Assembly (NCBI GenBank): GCA_008632985.1
Contig: QPGO01000057.1
Coordinates: forward strand, 1 to 64,000
DNA length: 64,000 nucleotides
DNA from: Psammoneis japonica
Lineage: Eukaryota
Direction of reading: 5' to 3'
This document shows, piece by piece, positions 37,189-49,800 of the stretch. The position numbers and the translations under genes are program-made. Numbering within the stretch: the first letter of the stretch is position 1; each line of letters opens with the position of its first letter. The notes beneath the pieces were generated by a model. That model saw only the letters and a program-made list of their open reading frames with translations, was not told the DNA's origin and made no database searches.

Positions 37189-37752
37189 ATGAAAGCCAAT
37201 CAGTCCGCTCTACTTGCAAGCACTTGCTGTATGCTCGTGACAGCAGCTGCGCTCAAGAAGAGGAAGAAGCATTTTGCATCTGCTGACGCCATACTCAATA
37301 CGGATGAGTCGTTGCCTCATGAGGAAATTATCACTGCGAACGAAGAAAGCTCTGTTGAAACATCCAGGAATGCAACTGACGATGAATCTTCTCTGGGTGA
37401 CACTAGTTTTGATCATGGAGATCAACAAATCAAACTTAGGGGACTACCATTTCCGGATAGCCCGATGTCGAGTGAATCTAGCGATGACGAGTCTTCAACC
37501 TTCTCGCGGAATTCAGTTGAGTCCCCTCAATCTGCCGAATTCAATGAGCGAAATGACTTTGCCTCGGTTGTGTTTCGTCTCTTGGTGATCTTGTTGTTGG
37601 TTGCCGGTATTGTGGCCATAACTGAATCGGATGGATTCGATGGCGTCCTTGGTGAAGCCGACCATGCGGAAGAAAAGTTCGCTTCTCTCACACCGACGAG
37701 CAGGCCAGCTGTTGAGTGGCAAGTGCTGCCTTTACATTTGGGATCAAAATGA
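37189..37752 (+). CDS. Hypothetical acidic/Ser-rich membrane protein
   Basis: 187 aa ORF with N-terminal and C-terminal hydrophobic segments and normal dinucleotide composition. Confidence 0.55.
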   Translation: MKANQSALLASTCCMLVTAAALKKRKKHFASADAILNTDESLPHEEIITANEESSVETSRNATDDESSLGDTSFDHGDQQIKLRGLPFPDSPMSSESSDDESSTFSRNSVESPQSAEFNERNDFASVVFRLLVILLLVAGIVAITESDGFDGVLGEADHAEEKFASLTPTSRPAVEWQVLPLHLGSK

Positions 37753-38372
37753 GTGTATGAGAGCATTATTTTTCGGAGGGGAAGAAAGTATGCAACGTAC
37801 CGGTAGACTCGACAGGGGCTGTTTTAGCCCTAGGTAGTTATGTATATGAAAAATGTTTGACATACATTCTTTTTGCGGAAGCTTATCGATTAGCAGGTCG
37901 TTTCTTTTTTTTTCGTTCATATTAAAGGATTTCGCCGTGGGCTTTTTCAAAAGCTTTTCTGATTTTTTGAATGTAGGGTTGTTTTTAACTACACATTGCC
38001 TGCCCTTCCCGAATGCAGTTGTGGTACAGTAGACAACTCAACAAGGAAGGACAGTGTGGGTAACCGCAGTCGCAAAATCGTATCGCTGCTCCTTTAACGC
38101 AATTCTAGTTTTCCTTCGGTGGACTGATTTTCACCGGCTCATCTACAAAAACAACTCGTTTCTCTTTCGTCGACGAATCATCAAAACATAAACTGCGGTG
38201 GGCGATCATTATCCCAGCCACTCTGGAACTGGTGAGATAAGACAGATTCCGGTTTCCAACGCGAGAGGCAAGGCGACGGAAGCTTGCTGAAAGGATCTAG
38301 TAATCGTCGTCTATTCTCTAGAGATGCGGTCTCCCACCACGGGCAGATATAGGGTGGTGATATGCCGTGAAA

Positions 38373-39295
38373 CTACGTCCAAGAAAGCATTCCCTGAACA
38401 TCCTTGAGCCACTGAACGTACTGCGTCTGTTCTTTGTAGTCCGAATACATTGAAATAAAAGCTGCCATGTCACTGTCTACTCCGCACTCAGTCTGCACGT
38501 ACGCTGAGAAGGTCTCCTGGAGATCCTCTGCCAACTCTGTAAATTCCGGTCCCTGTCCGATGTACCACAGTCGGCCATCATGTTTGGTGAATAAGGATGC
38601 AAAAACGAGAACAAAAAGCCTGAATACCTTTTTCTCGTCAGTGTACTCACCTGGTAGTCTTCGCTGCCAATACCACTCGAGATAACAGTTTCGATCTCAT
38701 CATCCGTAAGGGCAACTCCTTCAACTCGCGCCTCTGCATCCTCAGAAATACAAGTCAAGACCATGGTCTTACCCGCCTTGGTAATCAAAACGGTAAAGCG
38801 AACAGCAACAGCCGGTTCTTCTTCGTCGTCAATTTCTTCCTCCTCCTCTACAGTGTCTTGACAATGAAACACCACTGTCACTTTTCCACCACCGATTGGA
38901 TCCTTTTTGAACAGCCTGGTTGTCGCTCCACCGCTTCCCATGGTGTCATCCACAATTCGCCAATTCTCCTCCAATTGGCTCTTGAGCCCAACCAAGTCAG
39001 CTGGCATCACGGCCGATCCAGCCTCGTCTTCCTCGGCTAATTCTCTTGTCACCAAATCCAATAAGATTTGCGAGGCTAATTCCTCATCATCGTCCGATGA
39101 GGAAAAAGAGCGTACACCGCTTACCACGAAAGTGGGGTACGGTGGCGAGGAGAGCAACGAGGACTGATGAACACCCAGCTTGTCCGCTCTAGTTACAGCA
39201 GAGGCGTAGCCGTTGAGACTACTGACAGATCTCCATGCAAGTCCTTTGAGAGAAATGGGTCGTCGCAACACGGAGCGGACGACTTGAGTATTCAT
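38373..39295 (-). CDS. Mitochondrial acidic matrix protein (MAM33/p32/C1QBP family)
   Basis: Mitochondrial presequence (RSFSS) and acidic body. Intron 38553-38650 joins to GPEFTELAEDLQETF...YKEQTQYVQWL. Confidence 0.9.
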
Positions 39296-39438
39296 GTTTG
39301 TTCGACGCTAGCTTATCGACAATCGTCAAGTGCAAAGTGCTACTGAAGTGTGAAGTGCAATGCCATCGCAAGACGAAAGACGAAAGATCGCGGTGACGGT
39401 TTTTTTTTTGTGGCGGAAGCAGAAAGATCGAAAAAATG

Positions 39439-39450
39439 GATGACGTCATC
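39439..39450. promoter_or_regulatory. Palindromic CRE/ATF-type bZIP site in a bidirectional promoter
   Basis: GATGACGTCATC between the divergent MAM33-like and NASP-like genes (~240 bp apart). Confidence 0.45.
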
Positions 39451-39531
39451 CGTCTGACCTTCCATCATCCGTGATTCAATTCATCATGAGCCATGAGCCC
39501 ACGCAGAAAATTGCCGTCGTTCGACATCACC

Positions 39532-40700
39532 ATGACCGACCAAGAGCTAGTTTGTCCACCGGTAACTCAAGACCCTCGGTTTCGTGCAGGACGCACTCTC
39601 ATTGAGACAGGAAGAGCTAGTGAAGGCGCCATTGATATGTTTGAGACGCTTGTGCAGGTGAGAAAAGGAGTGTTTTCTTAATCTTTGTGAAGGATGGAGG
39701 TCGCGGTTTTCTATCTATCCAAAGCTTTACCTTAGGTGGAATCATAATCATGCATCCACATCTAATGTGCTGTATGTTTAATTTGACAGGAATGTCGAAG
39801 AACTTTTGGAGAAGAAAGTGTGGAGGCAGCAGCATGCTATTTTGAGTACGGCAACGCACTGTTTCGGGCCGCAGCACGTCTTTCAGCAGAAGAAGAAAAC
39901 AAAGACGCGGCTGAGCAAACAAAAGAACCAGAGGAGGACGATAAAAAACCTGCAGCGTCAAAAGAGAAAGATAGCAATGATTCAAACGTAGGAGGAAATG
40001 ATGATGTTGATTTAGCTTTGGAAATGATGGAGACAGCGTGGAGTATTCTGGACAAGTACGTTGCAGAGCAGTCAAGCGATCAAGCGACGTACTCCAATTG
40101 GGCGTGTGATCAGTTGCCCCGTGCTCTTTTGGGTATCGGGGATGTGTTGTCGTTTCTAAATCGACATGCAGATGCAGCGGATGCTTATTCACGTGCAATT
40201 CCACATCGAGAGCAAGTCCTGAAACAATATAAGAACGAAGACATGGAATTAGATCATTTGAAAAAGCGGCGTCTGTTGGTTGAAGCGAACGTGCTCGTCG
40301 CTGAAGAACTGTTGGCTTGTCCACAGAATGAAGATGTGGTCACGACCGAGACAAAAGACTTACTAGTTGGGGCTTCCGAACGAGTGGAATATGCAAGGGG
40401 ATACTACGACAAGGCAAGAGACGAGCTACAGGAGACTGGTAAGTAGCTACTTCTGTGTATTGATGTTTTGTCTCCGGACTCTTTGGAATGCATCAAACTT
40501 ACGCTGTTTCTCCCTTCGGAAAAGTTTACCTTATGGGAAAGATTGCAGCTTCGGGGATGGATATCGAATCAGAGAAGGAGGACGTGTGCTACATATCGAC
40601 AATGGTAATGGGGGTAGGAACGACACTCGCAGCGCTTGACGAACAAGAACAAACTGAAGCAGACGATTCAAAGCCCGCAGCCAAGAAACAAAAGACCTAG
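39532..40700 (+). CDS. Histone chaperone NASP/Sim3/Hif1 family (SHNi-TPR)
   Basis: YFEYGNALF...acidic insertion...DVDLALEMMETAW, TPR helices and C-terminal NLS AKKQKT. Introns 39658-39789 and 40439-40524. Confidence 0.85.
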
Positions 40701-40727
40701 TCTATGTAACTTGAACTAAGGTCACAC

Positions 40728-41521
40728 TCAACGGGATTTGTCAGTATCCGCGTCCGCATCTTTCTGTTGCTGGGCTCTTTCCATTCGTGCAAGCGCAGCC
40801 ATGCGTGCCCTTTCCCTCCGATCACTCAATTCATCTTGCCGCGGAGTGGATTTGGCAAAGAATTTGCTACCCAGTCCGCCTCCCTCGTCGCCTCCGAGTC
40901 GTGACCCTGCGCCTGAAAAACTTTGGATTTGTGGAGCAACAGGTGCACGCATATAGACACTACCGCCTTGACTTGATGAAGCATTCGGGTCTCCTACTGG
41001 TGCTGATTCTAGGAGCTTTTTGGGTAATAAACAAGAGCAGCACATGCCAATATCAGCCAGTCGATTCACGTGACCTGGAATGGATCTCCCCAGTAACTTC
41101 CAAACGAGTGCGTTGGCGAAGTGATTGCAGTTTTTGCGAATCAAATTATAGTCGTCAGGCCCAAAGTTACTTCGAAGTTCTGATATAGCTCTTTGCACTT
41201 CTGATTGGCCTCCGTCCAGCATGCCCATTTCAAGTGCCTCCCGGAACTTTGCTCCGGGTGCTTCTTTTGGTGCACTTTCAAAAACTCCCCCACCACTTGC
41301 AAAGCTATACTCGGTACCCATAATCTCTACTCCACTATGATGTAAGCCAAAACCAATGACATACAAAGCGTCGTTCGCCGGTGACAAGTCGTATATATTG
41401 AGAATTACTTTTGTGCCCTGTGAAACACATTGCATCACGTTCAAAAATTCAAAAGATGAAGCTGAGCTGCGCAGAAATTCAAATTGTCTTGCATTGGTTT
41501 CGATTCTCCCTACCGTACCAT
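40728..41521 (-). CDS. PPPDE/DeSI deubiquitinating/deSUMOylating peptidase
   Basis: VILNIYDL, GLHHSGVE (catalytic His) and YNLIRKNCNHF (catalytic Cys). Probable ATG-only first exon with intron 41418-41518. Confidence 0.92.
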
Positions 41522-41565
41522 GCGGGTCCTCCCTCCCTGATAACCACCTCCGAAACTCATTGTCT
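41093..41565. repeat. Direct repeat copy A (5' half of DeSI plus leader)
   Basis: Matches 51241-51713 at offset 10148 with only about 7 substitutions seen. Confidence 0.95.
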
Positions 41566-41744
41566 AGTAGAGAGTAGAGTCCGTCGATGCAGCGATGCAC
41601 ATTGAACATGTGCTTTTGACGCGCCGCTTCGCTGCGTTGCCGCTTCCTGCGCCGCCCAGCAATGCGCTGCGCGCCGCGGCTCGCGTTGTGGTAGGTGTCG
41701 ATCGTCGCGTCGTACTGTACGTTGTTGGGAGGTAGGTGGGGGGA

Positions 41745-44700
41745 GTTGACAGGGCGCAGAAAAAGACAGCAAACAGCAATTGCCCTCTTCCTCTCGCGAG
41801 ACTGAAGTTCCTTGGCCCTTCCACTTCCTCCACTGATGGATCCCTTGTTGTTGCTTTGCTCAACAATGATGGCATCTTCCTTCTTCCTTTTGCTGTTGAT
41901 CACCTTGGTGGTCTCGGATTCTTTGCTCGCTGCCTTCTCTTCGGCTCTGCATTCTCCTCAATCCGATCTCAAAACCCAAGCCTCTCTGGCCCTCTTCTTC
42001 TGACCTTCTGCACTCTCACGCTTCCTGCTCTGCCTTTCTCCATGCCTTGTCCTCTCTGTCTGCCCTTCTCCCACCTGTTCTCTGACCGCTTTGGCAGCAC
42101 TTGTCACACTGCCCCCCCCCCCCTCCCAATGGGCCCTTTGAGCTCTCAGCTGCACAATGTGGCTCTTCATCCATCCGTGCATGCCCTCTGATTTGCTTCC
42201 TCTCTTCCTGCTCCTTCATCTCCTGTGCCATCGACCAAATGCCCCACATCCAGTGTTTTCACCCCGCTCCACTCTGCCACCACTGCAGCCACCTTCGTGC
42301 CTCCCTCGGCTGTTCCCCTCCGTTCTGCACAGGCTCTTCATGACTCTGTGCTTGAAGTGCAGCAAACACACATGGTTGGGGGTGGTTGACAGTGCACTGA
42401 CAAAAAAAAACAGATGGGCACTGGAACCAAATGTGAGGTTGCCGCCAGCTCCAGCCGGAAGAGAAAAGCTTGCATCACTTTGCCCGCAGTCAATTGTGCT
42501 CGTCCCCATCACATGCTTTTTGACATTTTCCGCCACATCTGCAAGACTTTGCATGACATTGTTTTCAGTGCTTCAACCAGCATCTGTCATGGCAGGTTGC
42601 AGCTTGACTCAATTTAACTGAACCTTAAAAACCACACAGCCCTTGCAGGCGGCTGCCTTTCACAGGCTTTTGCAATGCCCAATGTTCTGTTCAATCCAAA
42701 ACCATGGACAGGGGTCTGAGCACATGTGCATGACAAAAAACAAGCATGTCGCAGCATTTTTGGTTGTGGATGGAGACCATGCACAACTGACATTTCCGAC
42801 AGAAATCTCAATCAGTGTTGAGAGAAGCAATGGCCATTTTTGCCACCAACACTGCTGCTTCCAGCCATTGTCATGTGTGATCCTGATCTTCCTCCAGAAC
42901 TTCTTCCATTGGCCTGGTGAACCACCGTGCGATTTGATGGTGTGTGAGGTGGGGTGGTTGCAAAAAAAACGTGCTCCTCTTTGATGCTGTCATCCAAAAT
43001 GCCACAAGTTTGAAGAAGGTTTTTGGAATCTGCTGACTCATCTGCATGCATCTGATGATGATGCCACATGTCCCACAGACGAGCAACCAAACTGGGTGCC
43101 CATCTCAATCTTGTGTTGCATTGCTCCAGGCAGTTGTGTGACAATGCCCCCATTTTGCTCAAGCCCACTCAACAGTCAGAAAGCTGTGGGCCAGCAAACT
43201 GTCTCCAATTGTCTGCTGCACCACAAAGGTCTCCACCACATGTTGACATTTTGGTTGAAGCATTGGTGTGGAGTGGTCTGTTCACACCATGATGCAAGGA
43301 GTCAGGCGACACCAACCTTGGTGTCAGAATGAGCATGTTGCTTTGTCAGCCATTCCTGGATTGCTTCCAGTTTTGCAACCACAGCTCTTGGGCAGAAAAG
43401 GATTTGCAGCTTGGGACATGATGAGTGCCTGCTTTCAATCTCCCTGCATCTTGGGCACACAGGACTTTCTGTTTTTCCCCACCTGCAAAGGTCGTCCTTC
43501 TTTGCAGGAATCAGCAAGCCGGCCCCCTGGTGGACCACTTCAGTTGCCACAGATGACAGAAATTGGGGCATCTTTGCACTGCTCTTCCCAACACCATCCA
43601 GATCTCAGCATGGTTGGGTTCTGCTCTGAATTTTTCTGTCCAGTGCTGAAAGCTGGGAGGGCCACAGGAGATGTGGTCAAGTCATAACTTGTCTGCTGTG
43701 TTGCTGGAGCTCCTTGAAGATTTGCTCCTCAAGTCTCTTGAGACATGTTAAATGGTCCCCAGTTTGGAATGCTTGACAGAGCTTCCCAATGTGCTTTGGC
43801 CAACAAGCTCATTTCCACATTCAACACCTTCAAGACAAGTGAGTTGACTGAGGTTTAACTCCTGATCTCTGTGCCCTTTGATCTGCGCAGGTGTGCCATG
43901 ACAATCAGAATCTCCTGAACCATGCCTCTGATTAGACAGATGAGATTGCAGTTGGTTTGTCTGGGGTTCTTGGTCCTTGCACTTGTTGAAGAAGCAAGTC
44001 CACAGCACAGAATTGCAGTCACACCCCAGAACATTTTTTTCCTCTTGTGATGCAATGGATCTTGCATGGCTGTTGGAGTTTCTGCAGAATTTCACAGATG
44101 CTGCTGAGCTCTCCATGGTGCAATTGTTCATGGCCTGGTGTTTGATTCACACCTCAACATCTGTGAGAGTGGTGTCCCTCTGATGGAACAAGTGTTGTTG
44201 TGGCTGTTGCCATTGCATCCTCAAAGGATCTGTCCACAATGCTTGTGACCATTCCTGATTGAATCCCTTCCACCAGTGCTGTTTCCACTGGTTGTGGCTT
44301 GTGGGATGCAAATGACCTTTCACCGGCTTCCTCCACCTCTTCCAAATGAACATGCTGTTGCACTGCCCCAGCGGGGTTTGCCTCAATGCCATCGCCAATC
44401 ACCTGAGTCAGGAGCACATCTGAAGGGGCCATTGCAGTCCACCCCATCATGTGACAAAACGGCTTCCTCCAGCTGTGTCTTTGAGGTGCAATCTGGTGGA
44501 GTGGCACTCAAGTCCTTGGCCTGATGACTTGTGGAGTCTGTCATCTGATTTAGAGTGTTGCCATGAAATGGCTGGTTTGCGCCACTGCTTTCTGTCACAG
44601 AGTCAGATGTGGGTTTCGACCTTTGGAAAGATGGCATGTCATCAGTGCCACACCAATGCTGGGGAAGCATCCTGTTCCCTTCTCCATTTGTGGTGTCAGA

Positions 44701-46710
44701 GATGCATGTGCCGTGTTCAGCCACATCCAGCAAATGTTGATTTTCCACAACTGTTTGCCTTTGCAGCCAGACGCTGTGAACTGCTCCACAAGAAAGGCAT
44801 CATTGCCTCAGCATGGGTGCAGAGTTTGAGTGGGAGCCTGCAGTTTGACATCTCATCAGCAGCAGAAGTGCCACAGCAATTTGATCCAAGACTTCACAGC
44901 CAAGCAAGTTCCTGAACGTGTGGGGGTGCACCTTGAAAAGTTGCTCTGGAAGGCCCAGTTCCAACATGGTGATCTCATGTGCCAGTGGCATCTCTTTGCC
45001 TGTCATTGATGGTGAGTCAATCTGCTGCAGGAAGGCACCTCCAATTTTAAGAGACCTTGTGCAACATGCAGCAGCTCTCCAATTCCCAGCCTGCTGCACT
45101 TGTGGGGGGAACACCCAGCCTTCTTCTGAAATGATCTTGGATGTCCAAGGTGTGGCAGGGCTGCCCTGGAAGGGGTTTTCAATCTCCAAACAACATTCTT
45201 TTCTTGCAAGAAATGCAGCTGTCAGTGGGTGCTCAACAGACCACATTGTTCCTCCTGTCAGTGACATCCATGAATCGTCCGCACAGTTGAGATGTCCGCT
45301 CCTGAATTGATCTGCCCATTTCTCAACTTTCTTCTTGCATGCATTGCAGGCACCTGTGCATCAGAGGATCCGTCCATTGCAACCCATGCTCTCCCAAGGT
45401 TTCCCAAGCTTCAGCAACTTCAAGATGATCAACAATCACCCAGTTTCTTTTGTGGCCCAAGATGGAGATGTTCCCTGGTGTGTCCTCAACAGTTTGGTTG
45501 TGCCATCAATCATTTTTCCAATCAAATGCTGCCAGCATCTAGAAGCTTTTTTCTGGGCAAGAGCACCTCCCGTGGCACAAATTCCACCTTCCCAGCAGCA
45601 ATCAGACATGTCTTGAAGACCTGAGACTGCTGCTTTGCAAGTTGCACCCTTGTCCTGGAAAACGCATGGCAGATCTGGATTGTCAACAAACATGTGGCAC
45701 ACATGGTGGAAAACTCCTTGCATGGAAATTAGAGTTTCCACATGAGTGCCACACCCTTCAGCTCTTGGCATGTTGACAACTTGAATGCTCACAATCAAGC
45801 AGCCAGATGGCAGGTGCTGCACCGTGTTGTCCTTGGAAGATGCATTGGGGCAGGATTTTGACAGCTGACACAATGCTGGATCTGCTGCTGAAAAAGCTCT
45901 GATCATTGCATGGACCATGTCCTCTCCTGCTCCATGAAATCTCAAGCAGATGGCTGCAATGGCACACAGAATCCTGACACCACAGTGCATGACTTTGCAT
46001 CTGCACTGTTGATGCCCCCTGGTCTGTGCACTTGATGAAACACATGTCTCCTGTCAAAAACCTTGTTCAAGGCACAAAAATTTGCTTTGTGATGTTTCCA
46101 ACTGCCACACACTTCCCATTGAACAGCCTGGCAGATTTCTGCTTGATTCATGACAAGTGCTCTCCTGCAGTGCTTGTTCATCTGATTGAACATTGCATCA
46201 AACAGAACTGTCATCTGCAGTTTCTTGACATGAGCAGCAGAGCCCATCTTCTTTGGCGTCATTGCATTGATGGCTTTCATCCAGCAGCTCCTCAGGGCAC
46301 ATCTGTGCTTTGCAGGCATGGCTGCCATGCTTTGCAATCAGCAAAGGATGGTCCAAAAGAACTGCTTGATGCCCCTCCTGACCCTGCGGCTCATGCCCAC
46401 CTGAGTTTTTGTTTTGTGTCATGTTGTCCACATCACATCTCTGACAACTGTGCCAGCTTCACAGCTGTTGTTTAGACTTGCCATCTTTTTTCCAGCACCA
46501 GAGCTGGAGTTTTCCCGCGACAGTCAAGATCCATGACTTTCTGCATTTTCCATCTTTTGCCATGAGATCTTGGATCTCCCAAGATTTTTCAACAGCCAAT
46601 GATGTCAGCTGCACTCACAGCCATTGAAAATCTTTTTTTGATCTTTTTGGCTTGGAAAAAACAGCCTGTGGCACTGATGAGCGAAAGGGATGGCTCACAT
46701 CAAAAGCACC
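41745..46710 (-). mobile_element. Decayed non-LTR retrotransposon (RT + RNase H + C-terminal Zn-knuckle; Ambal-like), TpA/CpG-depleted block 4
   Basis: Minus-strand relics in the expected order: SADAKSC, QGQHGAAPAIWL, MFVDNPDL, RLGIGELLHVAQG, LELGLP, VDRSF, IKGHRD, WGKTESPVCPRC and RWAPSLVARLWDMW. Confidence 0.75.
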
Positions 46711-46877
46711 CCTACAATTTCATTTCCGCTCGCATCCACAACATTGTTTCTACAGAAAACACAAAAAAATCGATATTTTGAGAACTTAAGTAGTTTGAGG
46801 TACACCATGCAACTCGCCTCGGGTGGGTGGGCACTTACGGACAGAGGCAACCTTGACGATGTCAACAATTTCAAATT

Positions 46878-49800
46878 TTAACGCCCAGCAAAGGTTGTGA
46901 GGGAACAGACAAGAGGCACTACCTTCGTCGACATTGTTTCTACGATCTTGCGTCCGTTCAAGTCCGGAAGCTCCAGGACGCATCCAAAACCCGTGACGGA
47001 CCCTCCTTGGCGTTGTACAAGCTTGAGGATAGCTCCCGCGGTGGCACCCGTGGCGAGGCAGTCGTCAATAATTACCACTCGAGAATTCGGGAGAACGGAA
47101 CCAGCCACCATTTGGAACGAAGAGGAAGAGTCGTCAGATGGATCACGAATGGTGGCGATGTTGTCCTCATTCCGGGTGTTGCCACGGCCTTCTTTCTCCA
47201 GTCGGCTCATGTTGGAGCCCTCGTAGTCAACTTCCACAACGCGACCTGGTATCTTGCCAGCTTTGCGCACGTGCACCAGAGGAATCTCAAGCAAACTTGC
47301 CACGGGACTGGCAAAGGCAAATCCCAATGCCTCGGGGGCGACAATCGCGTCGGCCGCAATCTTGTGGCGTCGAATCCAATCTACAAAAAGACGTGTGCAC
47401 AATGGCAGCCCAAACGGTTGTAGCAATAGACCACCAACAAGGTCTTTGTACACAATACCAGGCGTGGGTGTATCGTGAATCTGGCGAACACTTAGCTTCA
47501 AAAGCGCAGGTAAAAGATTTTCCTTTACGCATTCCTTGGCCGAACTGATAGTGGAATCGGAGTCGTTCTGGTATACAAAGTCCCAAAAGCAAGCCTCCTG
47601 GCGGTCCGCGTGGCCCTCTCCCGTAGATTTGTCGATTGTCAGGTTTGGGATCCAACCACGAGAACGCTTTGATTCCTCTGTTGCGTCAACCTTGACGAGA
47701 ATGACAAGACGACCCGGCACCTGCCGGGCGTATTCCAGACCGTCACGCATGCCGGTCAAGAGTACAATACCTTGTTTGCATGTTTGAACAGTTTCCAAAA
47801 AGCAATTGGCATCGTAGGAAGGATTGGATGTTTTCTTGGCTTCGTAGAAGTTGGTGAGAGCGACGCGGTGAGATTCCTTGTAGGGGCGGTCTTGCATCAG
47901 CAGTTTGAGATCAACGCCAGGAGTTTCGGCCGCAAAGGCACGCTTCGTTGCGTCACTAATGGAGACGATACAGGCCGCCGTCTTGTCACCAACAAGTTCT
48001 CGGATAGTTTCTTCTGCGACGCGAGCTAGCCAGTCCTTGCCCACAAAACGCCGGCCGCAAAAGATGACAAGCGCACCTCGATTCGCAACCGGTGCATCTT
48101 TGGTGTTATCTGCGCCAGGTCCGCCCAAAAGGGGGCAGCCACAGCTAAGAACATTCATTGGATCACGTTGCCGCTTCATCTTGGCGAGCAGGGAACGTTG
48201 CTCACCAAAGGCCAATTTAGCCAACCGGTGGTCGGAAGGACCTAAATCCGATCCATAGACCCCAGACGAGTACGGCAGAAGCTGGTTCGTGGTCATGTCA
48301 ACCCATCGTGATGTTGCTGACGCGAGATCGAGGTCGCCGTCCGGATAACGGCCAGTAATCACGGCAGCAAACTCCCAGTTGCGGCATCCAAAGGCAGTTT
48401 CTGCGGAAGCGACTTTCTTCACAGCGCCGCCCCCATGAAGAAAGTGAACGTACGACGTTTTGGTTGGCGCAGAGCGCATGGCACTCACGAAGATAGAACC
48501 GCAACGCTTGTCCAGTGAAGGGAACAACAGGCAGCGCTTGACTGATCTCAGCTTCTTGGGGACTTTGGTGCCGGGGGCTACAGTTCGTTCTGCCTCGAAG
48601 TGGCGAGTCATGTACAGCTCTCGGTCGAACAGCTCTGACGGCGTGTACAAACTTGGTTCTTGCTGAAGAGGGGGGTCGGGAGACGCGCAAAGTGCGGGAG
48701 ACGCAACGACAACGTTCTCGACTGCATCGCCAGAAGTATCGAAGAGACTGGTGCCAAAAGCGAGGTCTTTGCAGCTCGACCAAAACAGATATCCGTCCAG
48801 ACACGCCGTGTCGGGTAACAAACAAGCTCCTTCGGCATAGCTTGGTAGAACAAGCCCTTCAGTTTCGGTCATGTTGGAGAATTTGTACAAGGTATCTTTC
48901 GCCGCAATTACCTCAAGCTTGTGGGCCGTCAAAGTTACCTCGAGTACCACTCCAAAATTCGTCCCAGCACCACGAAACGGCAGAAGCTCATCGAGAGTCT
49001 CGGCAACTTGAAGCTCACCGGTGGGACTAATGTACTTAACCCGAATTATGTTGTCGCATGCCAGGCCGTACCTGCGCATAAGATGGTTCAATCCGCCTTG
49101 AAGAATAAGGCCCATACCGACACCTGGACGGTCACCGAGAGGCACCACTAAATTGTATTTCTCGCATTCTTGAGTAATATCTCCCAAGGTCGCTCCTCCA
49201 CCAACCTCAACTGTAGAGGTGTCAGGGTTGACCTTGACGTATTTCCAAAGTCCCATGTCGATGGCAATCGCATCGTTGGCAATGCAGAAAGCTTTGTGTC
49301 CGCCACCGACGACAGAGACTTGCCCGCACCCAAGCGAGCGACGACATGCAGCCTTCAACCCTGCCTTAATCCCGGCGATGGAGTTCGGTTTTAACACAGC
49401 TGCAGGACGCTTATCCCTGACTGCGAAGTTCACTTTGCGCTGACAGTCACCCGTTCCACGAGGTTCGATGGCGATGCAGCCCATGGTCCGCTTGAAGCTG
49501 CGACATTCGCCATGTTCCGGTACCTCACCTCCAGTGTATCGGGAAAGGCGAACCCGTTCTTCGGAGCTAATCTGACTCAAGTCCAGGTCGACATCGAAAA
49601 GCTGGAAGTCATAAAGGATGGACGAAGACTCGAGAAAGTTGCAAAGCTCTCTCAGTGTTCCACCTTTGCTCCATCGATGAATGACAATGAGAATTCCTCC
49701 GGCAGCGACAAAGTTGAGAGAATTACGAAGGAGTTCCTCTTTTGATGCATTGCCATACAGTGAATGACTTCAGAGAACGATGTCGGCCTGGCAACAGGTT

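Noticed and set aside
41522..41903. Long N-terminal extension of DeSI in the 391 aa ORF
   Set aside because: Reads through the probable intron, the promoter and TE-derived sequence. The family domain starts at GTKVILN.
46660..46860. SECIS element for the fusion gene
   Set aside because: Stem-loops can be drawn, but I could not find the canonical UGA/GA quartet with an apical AA by eye. Left unresolved.
26984..49772. Genome-wide stop codon reassignment (TAG=Glu, TGA=Trp/Cys)
   Set aside because: TAG and TGA terminate several other intact genes in the window, and only one instance of each is internal.
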